Origin: Heptranchias perlo
Lineage: Eukaryota
Length of the DNA: 64,000 nt
NCBI RefSeq assembly: GCF_035084215.1
Contig: NC_090340.1
Location: 14,632,001-14,696,000 of the forward strand
Direction of reading: 5' to 3'
Shown here piece by piece: positions 23,601 to 36,305 of the stretch (its first letter is position 1; the number at the start of each line of letters is the position of its first letter). The notes under the pieces are model-generated. The model was not told the DNA's origin. It ran no database searches and saw only the letters and a program-made list of their open reading frames with translations. A program made the translations under genes and the position numbers.

Positions 23601-26600
23601 GGCATTCGGCGATAGTAATGCCGTTGACTGTCAAGGGGAGGCGGTTAGACTCTCTCTTGTTGGAGATGGTCGCTGCTTGACACTTGACAGGTGCGAATGT
23701 TACTTGCTACTTATCAGCCCAAGCCTGGATGTTGCCCAGGTCTTGCTGCACGGACCGCTTCATTTTCTGAGGGGTTGCAAATGGAATGGAACACTGTTCA
23801 ATCATCAGCGAACATTCCCATTTCTGACCTTATGATGGAGGGAAGTTCATTGATGAAGCTGTTGAAGATGGTTGGGCCTAGGACACTGCCCTAAGGAACT
23901 GCTGCAGCAATGTCCTGGGACTGAGATGATTCACCTCCAACAACCACTGCCATCTTCCTTTGTGCTGGTATGACTCCAGCCACTGGAGAGATTTCCCCCT
24001 GATTCCCATTGACTTTAATTTTACTAGGGCTCCTTGATGCCACACTCATTTAAATGCTGCCCTGATGTCAAGAGCAGTCCCTCCCATCTCACCTCTGGAA
24101 TTCAGCTCTTTTGTCCATGTTTGGACCAAGGCTGTAATGAGGTCTGGAGCCGAGTGATCCTGGCGGAACCCAAACTGAGCATCGGTGAGCAGGTTATTGG
24201 TGAGTAAGTGCTGCTTGATAGCACTGTCGACGACACCTTCCATCTCCTTTCTGATGATTGAGAGTAGACTGATGGGGCGGTAATTGGCCGGCTTGGATTT
24301 GTCCTGCTTTTTGTGGACTGGCCATACCCAGGCAATTTCCCACATTGTCGGGTTCATTCCACTGTTGTTGCTGTACTGGAACAGTTTGGCTAGAGGCGCG
24401 GCTATTTCTGGAGCACAAGTCTTCAGCATTACAGCCGGGATGTTGTCGGGGCCCATAGCCTTTGCTGTATCCAGTGCACTCAGCCGTTTCTTGTTACCAC
24501 GTGGAGTGAATCGAATTTGCTGAAGACTGGCTCCTGTGATGGTGGAGATATCGGGAGGAGGCCGAGATGGATCATCCACTCGGCACTTCTGGCTGAAAAT
24601 GATTACTTGCTTAATTGCTCTCGGACTTCTCTCCTTTTTTATATTCGTTCACGGGACGTGGGCGTCGCTGGCGGGCCAGCATTTTATTGCCCATCCCTAA
24701 TTGCCCTCGAGAAGGTGGTGGTGAGCCGCCTTCTTGAACCGCTGCAGTCCGTGTGGTGACGGTTCTCCCACAGTGCTGTTAGGAAGGGAGTTCCAGGATT
24801 TTGACCCAGCGACAATGAAGGAACGGCGATATATTTCCAAGTCGGGATGGTGTGTAACTTGGAGGGGAACATGCAGGTGGTGTTGTTCCCATGTGCCTGC
24901 TGCTCTTGTCCTTCTAGGTGGTAGAGGTCGCGGGTTTGGGAGGTGCTGTCGAAGAAGCCTTGGCGAGTTGCTGCAGTGCATCCTGTGGATGGTGCACACT
25001 GCAGCCACAGTGCACCGGTGGTTAAGGGAGGGAATGTTTAGGGTGGTGGATGGGGTGCTAATCAAGCGGGCTGCTTTGTGTTGGATGGTGTGGAGCTTCT
25101 TGAGTGTTGTTGGAGCTGCACTCATCCAGGCAAGTGGAGAGTATTCCATCACACTCTTGACTTGTGCCTTGTAGATGGAGGAAAGGCTTTGGGGAGTCAG
25201 GAGGTGAGTCACTCGCCGCAGAATACCCAGCCTCTGACCTGCTCTCGTAGCCACCGTATTTATATGGCTGGTCCAGTTAAGTTTCTGGTCAATGGTGACC
25301 CCTAGGATGTTGATGGTGGGGGATTCGGCGATGGTAATGCCGTTGAATGTCAATGGGAGGTGGTTAGACTCTCTCTTGTTGGACATAGCCATTGCCTGGC
25401 ACTTATCTGGCGCAAATGTTACTTGCCACTTATGAGCCCAAGCCTGGATGTTGTCCAGGTCTTGCTGCATGCGGGCTTGGACTGCTTCATTATTTGAGGG
25501 GTTGCGAATGGAACTGAACACTGTGCAGTCATCAGCGAACATCCCCATTTCTGACCTTATGATGGAGGGAAGGTCATTGATGAAGCAGCTGAAGATGGTT
25601 GGGCCTAGGACACTGCCCTGAGGAACTCCTGCAGCAATGTCCTGGGGCTGAGATGGTTGGACTCCGACAACCACTACCATCTTTCTTTGTGCTATGTGTG
25701 ACTCCAACCACTGGAGAGTTTTCCCCCTGATTCCCGTTGACTTCAATTTTACTCGGGCTCCTTGGTGCCACACTCGGTCAAATGCTGCCTTGATTTCAAG
25801 GGCTGTCACTCTCACCTCACCTCAGGAATTCAGCTCTTTTGTCCATGTTTGGACCAAGGCTTTAATGAGGTCTGGAGCCGAGTGGTCCTGGCGGAACTCA
25901 AACTGAGCATCGGTGAGCAGTTTATTGGTGAGTAAGTGCCGCTTGATAGCACTGCGGACGACACCTTCCATCACTTTGCTGATGATTGAGAGTAGACTGA
26001 TCGGGCGGTAATTCCCTGTTGACAGTTCTCAACCCTGACAGCAACCCCCTAACCACCCCTGCCCCCACCCAATTCGGCTACCACTAGTGCAGAGTTCTGA
26101 AATTAAATCTCTGTCCAACTTGTAGGCCACATCTCTCCATGCCACCGCGGGTTCGATTGGGACGATTGTCACAAATCTCATGTAAACTGTACCCGCAAAT
26201 TGGCGACATTGCAGCCGGTTCAATATATAATTGTATTAAAAACTCTTAGCTTTGCCAGACAATAATTAATAAACCATCGCCCGTTGATTTCCTTCACTAT
26301 TCAGTGACATTCTTACTTCAATAAACACAGTGCGGATCATTGAATGAGGGTTATTAACCAATTGCTGCAATCCAGAATTTTGTGCGGGCAGCGAGTAAAC
26401 CCGTGTGAACAAATTCCCCCCGATTTCCTCAAACTATATGTTAATGAATAAGAATGGTCAAGGACATAAAGAAGTCATTCTGTCCAGGGAAATTTCTCCC
26501 CCTCATATTCGAACTCTGCGAAAACAATGTGTTGAGATCCCTAAACGGTCGTCACCTTCGCAGATTATTCCAGAATATCTCATCCACTCGATGAAGAAGT

Positions 26601-28310
26601 CACTTCAAATAAGATATCTAAAAAAAATAAGTATTTTTTATTTAGACTGCCTTATTATCGTTCTATACAGCGGAATTACTGAAAGCATCAATAGTTTAAA
26701 CAATTAACGATCTTTCGGCCTCTTTTTAGCAAACGCCCGCCATAACATAATGTTCCTATTAATCTTGCAGCTGGTGTCATTGATGTGTCCTTTTACTTCT
26801 GGGTGCCTATTTGTGCGGTGGCTGGATTGGTGTTTCTAGTGCTCATGGTCTTCATTGGGAGGCGGTGCGGATTGCAGAATAATGAAGGTAAGTTGATTTT
26901 AGTCCGAAACCTCAAGGTTAGTGAGAGTCTCTGGGTAATACACGGGAAGGAGAATTCGATTAGGACTTAAAGTTGAAGGCAATGTTATGTGTTTTCAAGG
27001 ATTGTTCCAACTGCACATTAAAACGCAGAAATCCTCACAGAATCATATTAAAATTGGAGATAATTATCTGGATATTTGTAACAGAAAGTTATAATTTGCA
27101 GCAAGTGATAAATCAACTGTGCTCTGACACACAGTCACTTTCCAACCCATTACGTTGTGGATGCGTAATGACTTTGAATGAAAACATGTGAGGCCCCGGC
27201 CCGGCAATGGTTTTACACCGTTGTTAATCGCTGCAGGGGCTGGGATTCAAACACTGTCAGCATAATCTGAAATTGAAAATTATGTTCGGCTTTGTACCGA
27301 CTCTAGAAATGTCTTTGAAATCACTGAATGGAAACTGAATAACTGTCAATCTTTCAATATCATTAAATTTCATTCGTTTCCAGGTAAACAGGAACGTGTA
27401 ATGGGACCGACCCGCCGTGAAGAGCTGGTACGTTCATTCATTCATTCTCTGCAGACGGTTCAAATGCGAAGAAAGATTGCTATAATGGAGAGATATTATC
27501 ACAATACTGCCAGAACAGTTCAAGTATATTTACCAAAAGCGTTTGTCCGGCTTAGTGAATCATTCAAATCGTGGTTAGAAAAGTATTTGGCAACCGGTGC
27601 GTTGCTGCCAAAAACGTTAGATAGCCGACAAGAAAACTGCTAGTTTCGTTTAAAATGTACCTCGTTAATAACTGTTTATAGAGTCATCTATTGTCTGTAT
27701 TTGAACAAATACTTTATGTTCTAAAACTGCCGCTTATTTAAACATTCCTGTAACACAGTGTTGTAGAGTGAATATTGACAGGTTTAAATATTAGTTATAG
27801 TGACCACAGCACACATCAGCTTTAATATTCGTACTTATGCCAATATATTAATTATGCTTTGTGCACTTGATCTCTTGCCCAGCTCATTTTGTTTAATGTT
27901 TCGTCAGCAGTACGTAAATTGGTGAAGGCAACGACTAGCCAAGTAACCGAATATTTGCTTTCTGGCCCGTGCAGGGAGCAGAAGCTGAGATCGTGCATTA
28001 TGTTGCATTAGATTTGAGCAAAGACATGAAAATTCCAAGACGTAAAGGTGAAGAGCAGAGGACCGTGTACGCTCAGGTAAGGCAGAGTAACAGATCAGAG
28101 AAACATAGATCATCAGCTGAACAGCAACATTCATGCGATGGTGGGATATTTAAGGTTGTGCTTTGATCTTGTATTGTATCTAAAGCTATTTGTGTATTAT
28201 TCTGATGGCTGCTTGGAGCAGCAGTCCACAAAACTTGCAATACGTCCAATCAACAATATTTCCAAACATTGGCTTTACAGAAACACAAGGGACAGCCCGT
28301 GACAAGCTGA
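20588..28310 (+). CDS. Gene A: non-rearranging IgSF receptor L-V(J)-C1-TM-ITIM, SIRP-alpha-like, ~326 aa with a truncated tail
   Basis: Exons 20588-20642, 20813-21133, 22190-22501, 26771-26887, 27384-27427, 27975-28076 and 28281-28310. All introns are GT-AG with compatible phases (1,1,1,1,0,0). Confidence 0.85.
20813..21133 (+). CDS. Gene A exon 2, Ig V-set domain with J-like G strand
   Basis: VTQAP..ITFYC..VYWWKQ..FQDSGVYHC..GNGTGSHLIV; gacag| acceptor and G|gtaagt donor. Confidence 0.92.
22190..22501 (+). CDS. Gene A exon 3, Ig C1-set domain
   Basis: LTLVCETAEFYPENFTLAWYKNG..GLYEVSSSL..YTCVISHVSL, a classic C1 pattern. Confidence 0.92.
22926..24600 (-). mobile_element. Poly(A)-tailed LINE (same family as 16022-17877) in intron 3 of gene A
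   Basis: ORFs 24046-24579 and 23024-23536; poly-T plus the family 3' UTR at 22926; frameshifted. Confidence 0.9.
24633..26013 (-). mobile_element. Second LINE copy of the same family in intron 3 of gene A
   Basis: ORF 24697-25815 (372 aa RT) and the same 3' UTR. Confidence 0.9.
26771..26887 (+). CDS. Gene A exon 4, uncharged transmembrane segment
   Basis: FYFWVPICAVAGLVFLVLMVFIGRR; ttgcag| acceptor and GAAG|gtaagt donor. Confidence 0.85.
27384..27427 (+). CDS. Gene A exon 5, cytoplasmic
   Basis: 44 nt, GKQERVMGPTRREEL, ttccag| and |gtacgt; same length in gene B. Confidence 0.75.
27975..28076 (+). CDS. Gene A exon 6, ITIM exon
   Basis: GAEAEIVHYVALDLS...EQRTVYAQ; VHYVAL fits the ITIM consensus. 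Confidence 0.82.
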
Positions 28311-28453
28311 CGGACGCAATTCTAGCATTGACTGGCTCAGTGAAAAGTGCGCAATGCAAAAATGACGAAAGAAGCACCGACTATGCCCAGCTACAAACGC
28401 AAAGCCAAAATAGAGTAACAGAGGCTGTTTACTCCGAAGCAAGAATCAAATAG
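28281..28453 (+). CDS. Gene A exon 7 (frameshifted; stop at 28308-28310, ancestral stop at 28453)
   Basis: 1 nt shorter than gene B just after the acceptor, giving KHKGQPVTS*. AATAAA at 28774-28779. Confidence 0.65.
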
Positions 28454-29933
28454 CGATAGAATTTTAGATGTAGAAGTCATTGTTTTGATGTCCACTGATC
28501 GCTTTCCGCTGCTGTATCAATTAAACGCGTATGTATACCGTGTGATACTATACCTCCGAGAGGTAAGGCATTCCAGTGTAATGTTAGAGAATGCAGTCTC
28601 TAGTCTTTACTTACTGTTCAATTGCTTCCTGAATTTTCATTTAAGAGAAAACTAACTTTCCTGACATACTTTCATGTTAAATCTGTATTATCTAACTGAA
28701 GACAAACCTCTATTTCAATTAAAATGATACGCTAATAGTCTTGCTGTACCTAATTATCATCATTAAAAAACTCAATAAAAACAGATTGTATAGGATCTCT
28801 TATAAATCAACGATTCGCGCGCCTTTTTTGGGAGTAAAACTGCAAAACCTGTGTGTTGATTTATGTGTCGCGTTACTGCGTTCTGACTTCCTGTCCAGGT
28901 AACGCTCCTGATATAGAAAGCCGGTATTTCCAGTGTATGGATTCGTCCATAAACCTGCTGAACGTAGTTTTCAGTTGTTTTATGTCCTCCAACCATCTGT
29001 TTACCCATGTAGCCACGTAGAATCATATAATCTAACAGAACAGAAGGAGTCCATGTTGTGCCCGTGCCTGCTCTTTGAAAGAGCTATCCAGTTAGTCTCG
29101 ACCCCTGCACTTTCCCCAAAGTTTTGCAATGTTTTCCTCTTCAAGTATATATCCAATTCCGTTTTGGAAGTTCCCATTGGACCTGCCTCCACCACTGTTG
29201 CCCTTACTTCCAAGAGTCATTATCCTATGGTGTTTTGAATATCCATGTAAACAACATCTGGTGCATTTCCTATATCTAGTCTCTCTGCTGTTTCTCCAAA
29301 TCATCCTAAACTTGAAGTCAAACATGATCTGCCTTTTCGAAATCTGTGCTGACTTGCCTTGATGAGCTCAGGTTTCTACAGGAAGACAGCAGTTTTATCC
29401 CGAATGACACAAGGCCTGGAAAATGCAAGGAAATGCGCAACTGTTTACCTGCCGTCATGTTTCAGTTTACTTCACATTCGATGTTCTTATCTAATAACAA
29501 TTCATTACTTCAAAATGGAGTCGAAGTGCTGTAGATTATTTTGATAATTAGTTAACCGAAAAAGTGACACATCTATGTACAGGAATGAAAAGGTCAATGT
29601 GTGGGCGTTGTATCAGTCCTGTGTTCTGATAAAGTTTAAGCGATTAGCTGGGGATTACCGTCTAGTGTTAGCTGCATTGATGTGTTGCTAAATATTGACA
29701 CGGGCGAATCGCTTTTTCGAGCGACGTAAATAACATGGTTCAGTCACTCAGCTCGAAGCACCAACACTTCTACTTCTAAATTTAACTCTGTTAATTACGA
29801 TATACTGAAAACGTATCTAGTGTCGAATAGCGGCAGTTATTGCTCATCGCATGTTTCAGTATAATTATAACAACACTTGATGTTCACACTCAATTGAGAT
29901 TTTATTTCACATTTGATTTTTCATTGCAGCTTC

Positions 29934-30890
29934 CATAAGAACATAAGAAATAGGAGCAGGAGTATGCCATCCGGCCCCTCGAGACTGCTCCACCATTCAA
30001 TTATACCATGACAGATCTTCTACCTCAACTCCAATTTCCCGCCCGATCCCCACATCCGTTGATTCCCTTAGAATCCAACCATCTATCGATCTCAATCTTG
30101 AATATACTCAACGACTGAGTGTCCACCGCCCCCTGGGGTAGAGAATTCCAAATATTCACCACGCTCTGAGTTAAGAAATTCCTCCTCATCTCAGCCCTAA
30201 ATGTCCAATACCTTATCCTGAGTCTATGGCTCTAATTCTAGACTCTCCAGCCATGAGAAACATCATTTGAGCATCTACCCTGGCAATTCGTCTTAGAACC
30301 TTATATGTTTCAATGAGATTCCCTCTCATTTTTCTAAACTCCTGAGTATACAGGCCCATTCTACTCAATCTTTCTGCATAGGACAACCCTCTCATCCCAG
30401 GAATCAATCTAGTAAACCTTCGTTGTACTGCCTCTAAGCCAAGTATATCCCTCCTTAGGTAAGGAGACCAAAGTTGCACACAGTATTCCAGGTGTGGTCT
30501 CACCAAAGCCCTGTACAATTGCAACAAGACTTCCTTACTCTTGAATTCCAACCCCCTTGCAATAAAGGCCAACATACCACTTGCCTTCCTAATTGCTTGA
30601 TGTAACTGCATGTAAACTTTCTGTGTTTCGTATACAAGGACACACAAATCCCTCTGAACACCAACATTAAATAGTTTCTCACCATTTAAAAATATTCAGT
30701 TTTTCTATTCTTTCTACCAAAGTGAATAACCTCACATTTCTCCACATTGTGCTCCTTCTGCCATCTTCTTGCTCACTCACTTAACCTGTCCATATCACTT
30801 TGCAGACATTTCACGTCCTCCTGACAGCTTACTTTACCGCCTAGCTTTGTATCATCAGCAAACTAGGATACATTACACTCGGTCCCTTCA
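29934..30890 (-). mobile_element. CR1 3' fragment (shared with 58321-58975)
   Basis: ORF 30213-30647 LVRPHLEYC...; cataagaacataagaa tail at the same flank in both duplicates. Confidence 0.85.
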
Positions 30891-31299
30891 TCTACTACTT
30901 TCTTCCACTTTTGCCTTCACAGCTAAACAAAATTACGTTTGGCAAAACATTTTCAAACCTTTTTATCTACAAACGTTGCAGATCAAATTTCAATTGTTGT
31001 TAAAGCATTTGGCATTGATTCAAGATAATACTCATTCAAGCTGTCATCGGACCAAGCCCTCTCCCCTCTAATGTCTGCTGGATGCATGCGTTCATCGGAC
31101 AATCGCTTTTCTGACTTCTGTGAGGATGATCATTTGGTTCTGATAATGTACCAATTTATCTATCAAATGTGTATTTACGTTTGCAATAACTACCAAATAT
31201 GTTCGATTTCAGGACGGCTCCAATGTTTTTTGTAAGAATTCAGCGGTCGGCAATGGCTTTGGATCTGCTGAGGTGAACTGTGGTTTCTCTCAGATGGGT

Positions 31300-32890
31300 A
31301 AATAATCAGTCAGTGCTAATTGAGTAAATTGGCTGCTGGAGAAAGTGGTCAGGGCTCCCTTACATCCTTCTGGATGGCATAGGCCACTGTGACTTATTCA
31401 GCTTGCTGTGCTGAACGGCCTCCAGTTAAATCTTTTAATGCATCTGACAGTAATAACTTGGTGGGGGTGTGGCCGGTTATAAGTACGAATTTATCTAATC
31501 CAGTGACATAGGCAAATTTGTTAGTGGCCCAGTAGACAGTTAAAAGGGTTTCTCACAAACAATCAACGTCTGTTCCACTGATGACAGTGTTTGAGAGGCA
31601 TATGCCACAGGCGCCTGAACACCACGTCGTTCTTGGAGCAAAGCAGCCGACACCAAAATGTTGCTGTTCGCTACTTATTGCGGATATGGTTCGCCAGCCT
31701 TTGGGATTCAATTTTAATCCACTCGCTGCAATAATTTCTTACAGTTCTTTCAACAGATTGTAATGAAAATGGAGGGGAAATTGTGAAATTCGATTCTGCC
31801 ACACTCATTCTTGTGTTGTGCCCAACAGGGGGCGATATTTAGCAGTTGATCAAATTCTCTCAGTTTGAGCCGGGGGCACACTGGTCGGCCATTGACCTTG
31901 TATCCCTATCAGCAGCCCTCTTTGCGGAGAGTCTGCACGCATTTGCCACCAACACACATTTACCATGTCCACTACCATATTGTTCTTTCCCATCCAATCT
32001 ATTCATAAGATACCATCCTTCGCTTCCTGTCATTTTTGAGTCCACATTACCGTGTGGCGAGTGTTTGCATCCCCTACCGTGATTTCCATCTCTACCATCT
32101 TTCCCGTATCTCCTCCTCCTCCAAAGCCTCCTAGCTCTATTGTGTCTTGAAGTTCAAACTGATGGTCAAGTGCACCCATAACATTGTATGCGACACGCCT
32201 GTATCAACAAGCAATATCTGTCCCTGACTTTCATGGGTGGTGCTGCGCTGTTTATTCTTCCACGCTGGTGTAGCGGTGGGGGGAGGTGGGGGCGAGAGAG
32301 AAAAGTGCTGGGGAAGGGTAGGGTCCAAATGATCTAAGTGCTTCTTTAAGAATTCTACCTCCTATCTCAGAGTGTTTATCTCTGATTTTAATCTTTCCTC
32401 CAGCTCCCATATTTGCTTTTGACAGTGGGTGTGATCGCCCACTCCTGATTCACTACACTGGTCGTCCAGGTTTTGACGTGGGACTTCTCCTAGGGCACTA
32501 CTTAACTCATCTACCTTCTTTATCATATCTTATCCTGACTTTCCTGTCATTGTAGTTCGACATTACATGTTACTAATTTTCTGGCCCTATTTGCACTTTC
32601 GGTTTAAAGGTAATCTACTGATGCAGTCAATATCGTGTTGCAAGCAGTTATACGAGCTAATTGATTTTTCAGCGATAATTTTTGTTCCATCAACTATTTG
32701 ATGAGGTCTCCTTCAGTTTCTAATTGTTCCTTAAGTTTTATAATTTGCTGTCGCTGACATAACACAACTATAGCTTTCCAACTTCCCTTTTCACATGCTG
32801 TTCGTGGGTTTGATCTTAACACCAACTCTCTTAGCTGTTCTAGGTTTCCTGCTTTTTCTATCAAGGAGATACGAGTTATCATTGACAGAA
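31300..32890 (-). mobile_element. Decayed LTR/retrovirus-like pol remnant
   Basis: Minus-strand translation gives ILLVDTGVSHT (protease), SAALLQERRGVQAPVAYASQTLSSVEQ..CEK/LTVYWATNKF (RT-linked RNase H/tether) and GRSAQQAE (retroviral RNase H). Confidence 0.65.
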
Positions 32891-32998
32891 CGTCAGCAGG
32901 AGCAGAGCTTACCAGGAGACCCAGAGCGGCAGATTTAAATAGAGTGCGAGGGCAGCAGCAGCAGAGCCTATCAGGTGACCTAAAGCCGCAGAGGGGAA

Positions 32999-33121
32999 AC
33001 AAACGGACTGCAGCGGTTCAAGAAGGCAGCTCACCACTACCTTCTCAAGGGTAATTAGGGATGGGCAATAAATGCCGGCCTCGCCAGCGACGCCCACATC
33101 CCATGAACGAATAAAAAAAAA
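32999..33121 (+). mobile_element. Short 3' tail of the young LINE family with a 10-bp TSD
   Basis: CAGAGGGGAA at 32989-32998 and 33122-33131 flanks the family 3' UTR + poly(A). Confidence 0.8.
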
Positions 33122-33429
33122 CAGAGGGGAAGACTCAAAACGTGATTTTATGGTGAGCACAGAGTGAGGCATGGAGGAGCCAAGGAATTACAGCTAATTG
33201 TTTAATTTATCATTTATCTTAACTATTAGGAGCATAATATCCTTTAGCGCAGAGTGTAAGTCAGTGTAAGTAGTTAATTTATTGATAAGTGTTTTTTCTG
33301 GATATTTTGTTCAGAGGTTATTGTTTTTTGGTGCTTGGTTGGTGCTTTTTAGTGGTTAGTGTTTTAGTGTCAGATAAACAATAAAGTGCCTTAAAGCTAA
33401 ACAAACAGTTTAAATAACTGTTAGCTAAC

Positions 33430-35005
33430 ATGGCAGGACAATTGGGGCCAGTCGCACGCACATCCTGTGCCATGTGGGAACTCCAGAACACTTTGCGTGT
33501 CCTGGAAAGTCACATGTGTAGGAAGTGCCACCAACTGCTCAGGCTTGAACTAAGAGTTTCTGCGCTAGAGGGGCGGCTGGCATCGCTACAGTGCATACGG
33601 GAATCTGAGAGTTTCATACATAGCACGTTTCAGGAGGTGGTCACTCCCACAGCTACAGATAGATCAGGCAGAGATGGAGTGGGTGACGAGCAAACAGACT
33701 AGGAGGAACAGGCAGGCAGTGAAGGAGCTCCCTGGGAGTGTGGCACTCTCAAACCCGTATTCAGTGTTGAATTCCAGTGAAGGTTTTGACATCTCGGGGG
33801 AGTGCAGTCAGTAGTAAATCCACGTGCCATGAAAGACTCGGCTGCACAGGGGGGGGGGGGGGGCAAAGAAATGCAGTATTTCCTCGGTGGTGCGCAAGCC
33901 AATAGAATCAATACTGAGAGATAGGATAAACTGTCACTTGGAAAGCATGGTTTAATCAGGGATAGTCAGCATTGTTTTGCTCAGGAAGGTCATGCCTTAC
34001 AAATCTGATTGAATCCTTTGAGGAAGTGACAAGGAGGATTGATGAGGGTAGTGCAGTGGTTGTTTTCTACATGGATTTTAATAAGGCATTTGACAAGGTC
34101 CCAAATGGCAGACTGGTCAGAAAGGTAAAAGCCCATGGGATACAGGGAAATGTGGCGAATTAGATCCAATATTGGCTCAGGAACAGGAAACAAAGGGTAA
34201 AAGTCGATGGATGTCTTTGCGAATGGAAATCCCTTTCCAGTGGTGTGACACAGGGCTCACTGCTGGGTCCCTTGCTGTTTGTGGAATATATTAATGATTT
34301 GGATTTGAATGTAAGGGATATGATTGGCAAATTTGCGGACGACATCGGCCGTGTAGTTGAAAGTGAAGAGTATAGCTGCAGACTCCAAGAAGATATCAAT
34401 GGTTTGGTGGAGTGGGCGGAAAAGTGGCAAATGGAGTTTAACCCAGAGAAGTGTGAGGTCATGCACTTAGGGAGTGCAAACAGTAAAAGGGAATACTCAG
34501 TAAACGGGAATATATTGAGAGGGGTAGAGGAAGTGAGAGACCTTGGAGTGCATGTGCACAGGTCCCCGAAGGTGGCAGTACAGGTCGACAAAGTTGTGAA
34601 GAAGGCATTCGGAATGCTCTCCGTTATTAGCCAAGGTGTAGAATACAAAAGCCAGAGCTGGAGTATTGTACACTGTTCTGGTCACCACATTACAGGAAGG
34701 ACATAATTGCTCTGGAGAGAGTGCAGAGAAGATTTACAAGAATGTTGTCAGGGCTTGAAAATTGCAGCTACGAGGAGAGATTGGATAGGCTGGGGTTGTT
34801 TTCCTTGGAGCAGAGGAGGCTGAGGGGAGACTTGATTGAGGTGTACAAAATTATGCGGGGCCCAGATAGATTAGACAGGAAGTACCTGTTTCCCCTAGTG
34901 GAGAGTTCAAGAACTAGATGACATAGATATAAGCTGATTGGGGGAAGGATTAGTGGGGACATGAGGAAAAACTTTTTTTACCCAGAGGGTGGTGGGTGTA
35001 TGGAA
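33430..35005 (+). mobile_element. Internally deleted CR1 (ORF1 zinc-finger/leucine-zipper start + ORF2 fragments)
   Basis: MAGQLGPVARTSCAMWE..CRKCHQL..LELRVSALE is ORF1-like; RT fragments at 33972-34921. Confidence 0.8.
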
Positions 35006-35624
35006 ACAGAATGGCCTCCTCTTGCTCCTATTCGCCCTACCATTCGCTGTGGTCCATCAGGCCATCGAGGTCCGACACTCTGGAATTCTCTCTCTAAATC
35101 AATCTGCCTCGCCACCTCTCTCTGCTTTAAGGCCCTGCTTAAACCCCATCTATTTGAGCAAGCTTTCAGTCATCCTTACTGATACCTCCTTCATTGGCTC
35201 GGCCTATAGATTTGTCTGATCAGGCGTTTAATGAGCGCCTGGGGACATTTTAAAGTCGCTATCTAGAAGCAAATCGTTGCGAGAGTGGAAATAAAACCCG
35301 AGTAAAGGTACTTCATAACAGTTTAAATGTATTGCTTAAAACAGCTCAATCTTTCCAGCCTGGCTGGTACTAAGTGTTTCTGCAGGCGTCACATATGCGT
35401 GACATCTCACCTCTTATTTAGAAAGCCACCTCATTTTCTGATGTATTTAAGTACATTGGAACTCTTGATCAGGTTGCGTTAATGTCAGATTTAAACCATG
35501 GAATGGATCAGCAAAATAGAGTGGCTGTGCTGGTTTAGCCGATAGCAACCCAGCAGCATCCCTATGCACAGTTGGGGTCCCTATCCCTTGTCGCTGGTTA
35601 AGTAATGGCCAGGGGATGCATTAA

Positions 35625-36300
35625 GCTGGGGAAGGGAGTTCCACAGGCTCACGACCCTCTGAGAGAAAAAAGTTCTCCTCATCTCTGTTTTACAATGGAG
35701 ACCTCTTATTTTTAAACTGTTGTCCCTAGTTCTAGTATCTCCCACAAGGGGAAACCTCCTCTCAGCATCTACCCTCTCTAGTCCCCTCTGAATCTTAAAC
35801 GTTTCAATAAGATCATCTCTCATTCTTCTAAACTCCAGTGTATACCGGCCCAACTTGTCCAACCTGTCCTCATAAAATAACCCCCTCATCCCAAGAATCA
35901 ATCGAGTGAACCTTCTCTGAACCGCTACAAAACAATTATTTCCTTTCTTAAATAAGGAGATCAAAATTGCACACAGTATTGTAGATGTGGTCTCACCAAT
36001 GCCCTGTACAACTGTAGCAAAACATCTCCACTTTTATATTCCATTCCCCTTGCAATAAATGACAACATTCCATTTGAATTTCTAATCACTTGCTGTACCT
36101 GCATGCTAACATTTTGTGATTCATGTACTAGGACACCCAGATCCCCCTGTACCTCAGAGTTCTGCAATCTCTCTCCATTTAAATAATATACTGCTTTTCT
36201 ATTCCTCCTGCCAAAGTGGACAAGTTCACATTTTCCCACATTACACTCTATCTGCCAAATTTTTGCCCACTCATGAAACCTATCTCTATCCCTTTGCAGA
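35625..36300 (-). mobile_element. CR1 ORF2 3' fragment
   Basis: ORFs 35581-35964 and 35961-36488 carry CR1 C-terminal motifs. Confidence 0.8.
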
Positions 36301-36305
36301 CTCCT

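Larger units (their letters stand above)
9897..30890 (+). repeat. Segmental duplication unit 1 (paralogous to 47033-58975)
   Basis: 9897-12236 aligns with 47033-~49400, and 20097-~30600 aligns with 51660-58975. The leader, V and C1 exons are all offset by exactly 31553 nt. Confidence 0.9.

Noticed and set aside
20588-28453. Calling the genes TCR, IgL, IgNAR or NKp30
   Set aside because: There are no RSS/D/J segments, the TM is uncharged and the tail has ITIMs; NKp30 lacks a C1 domain. SIRP orthology is unproven, so no symbol is given.
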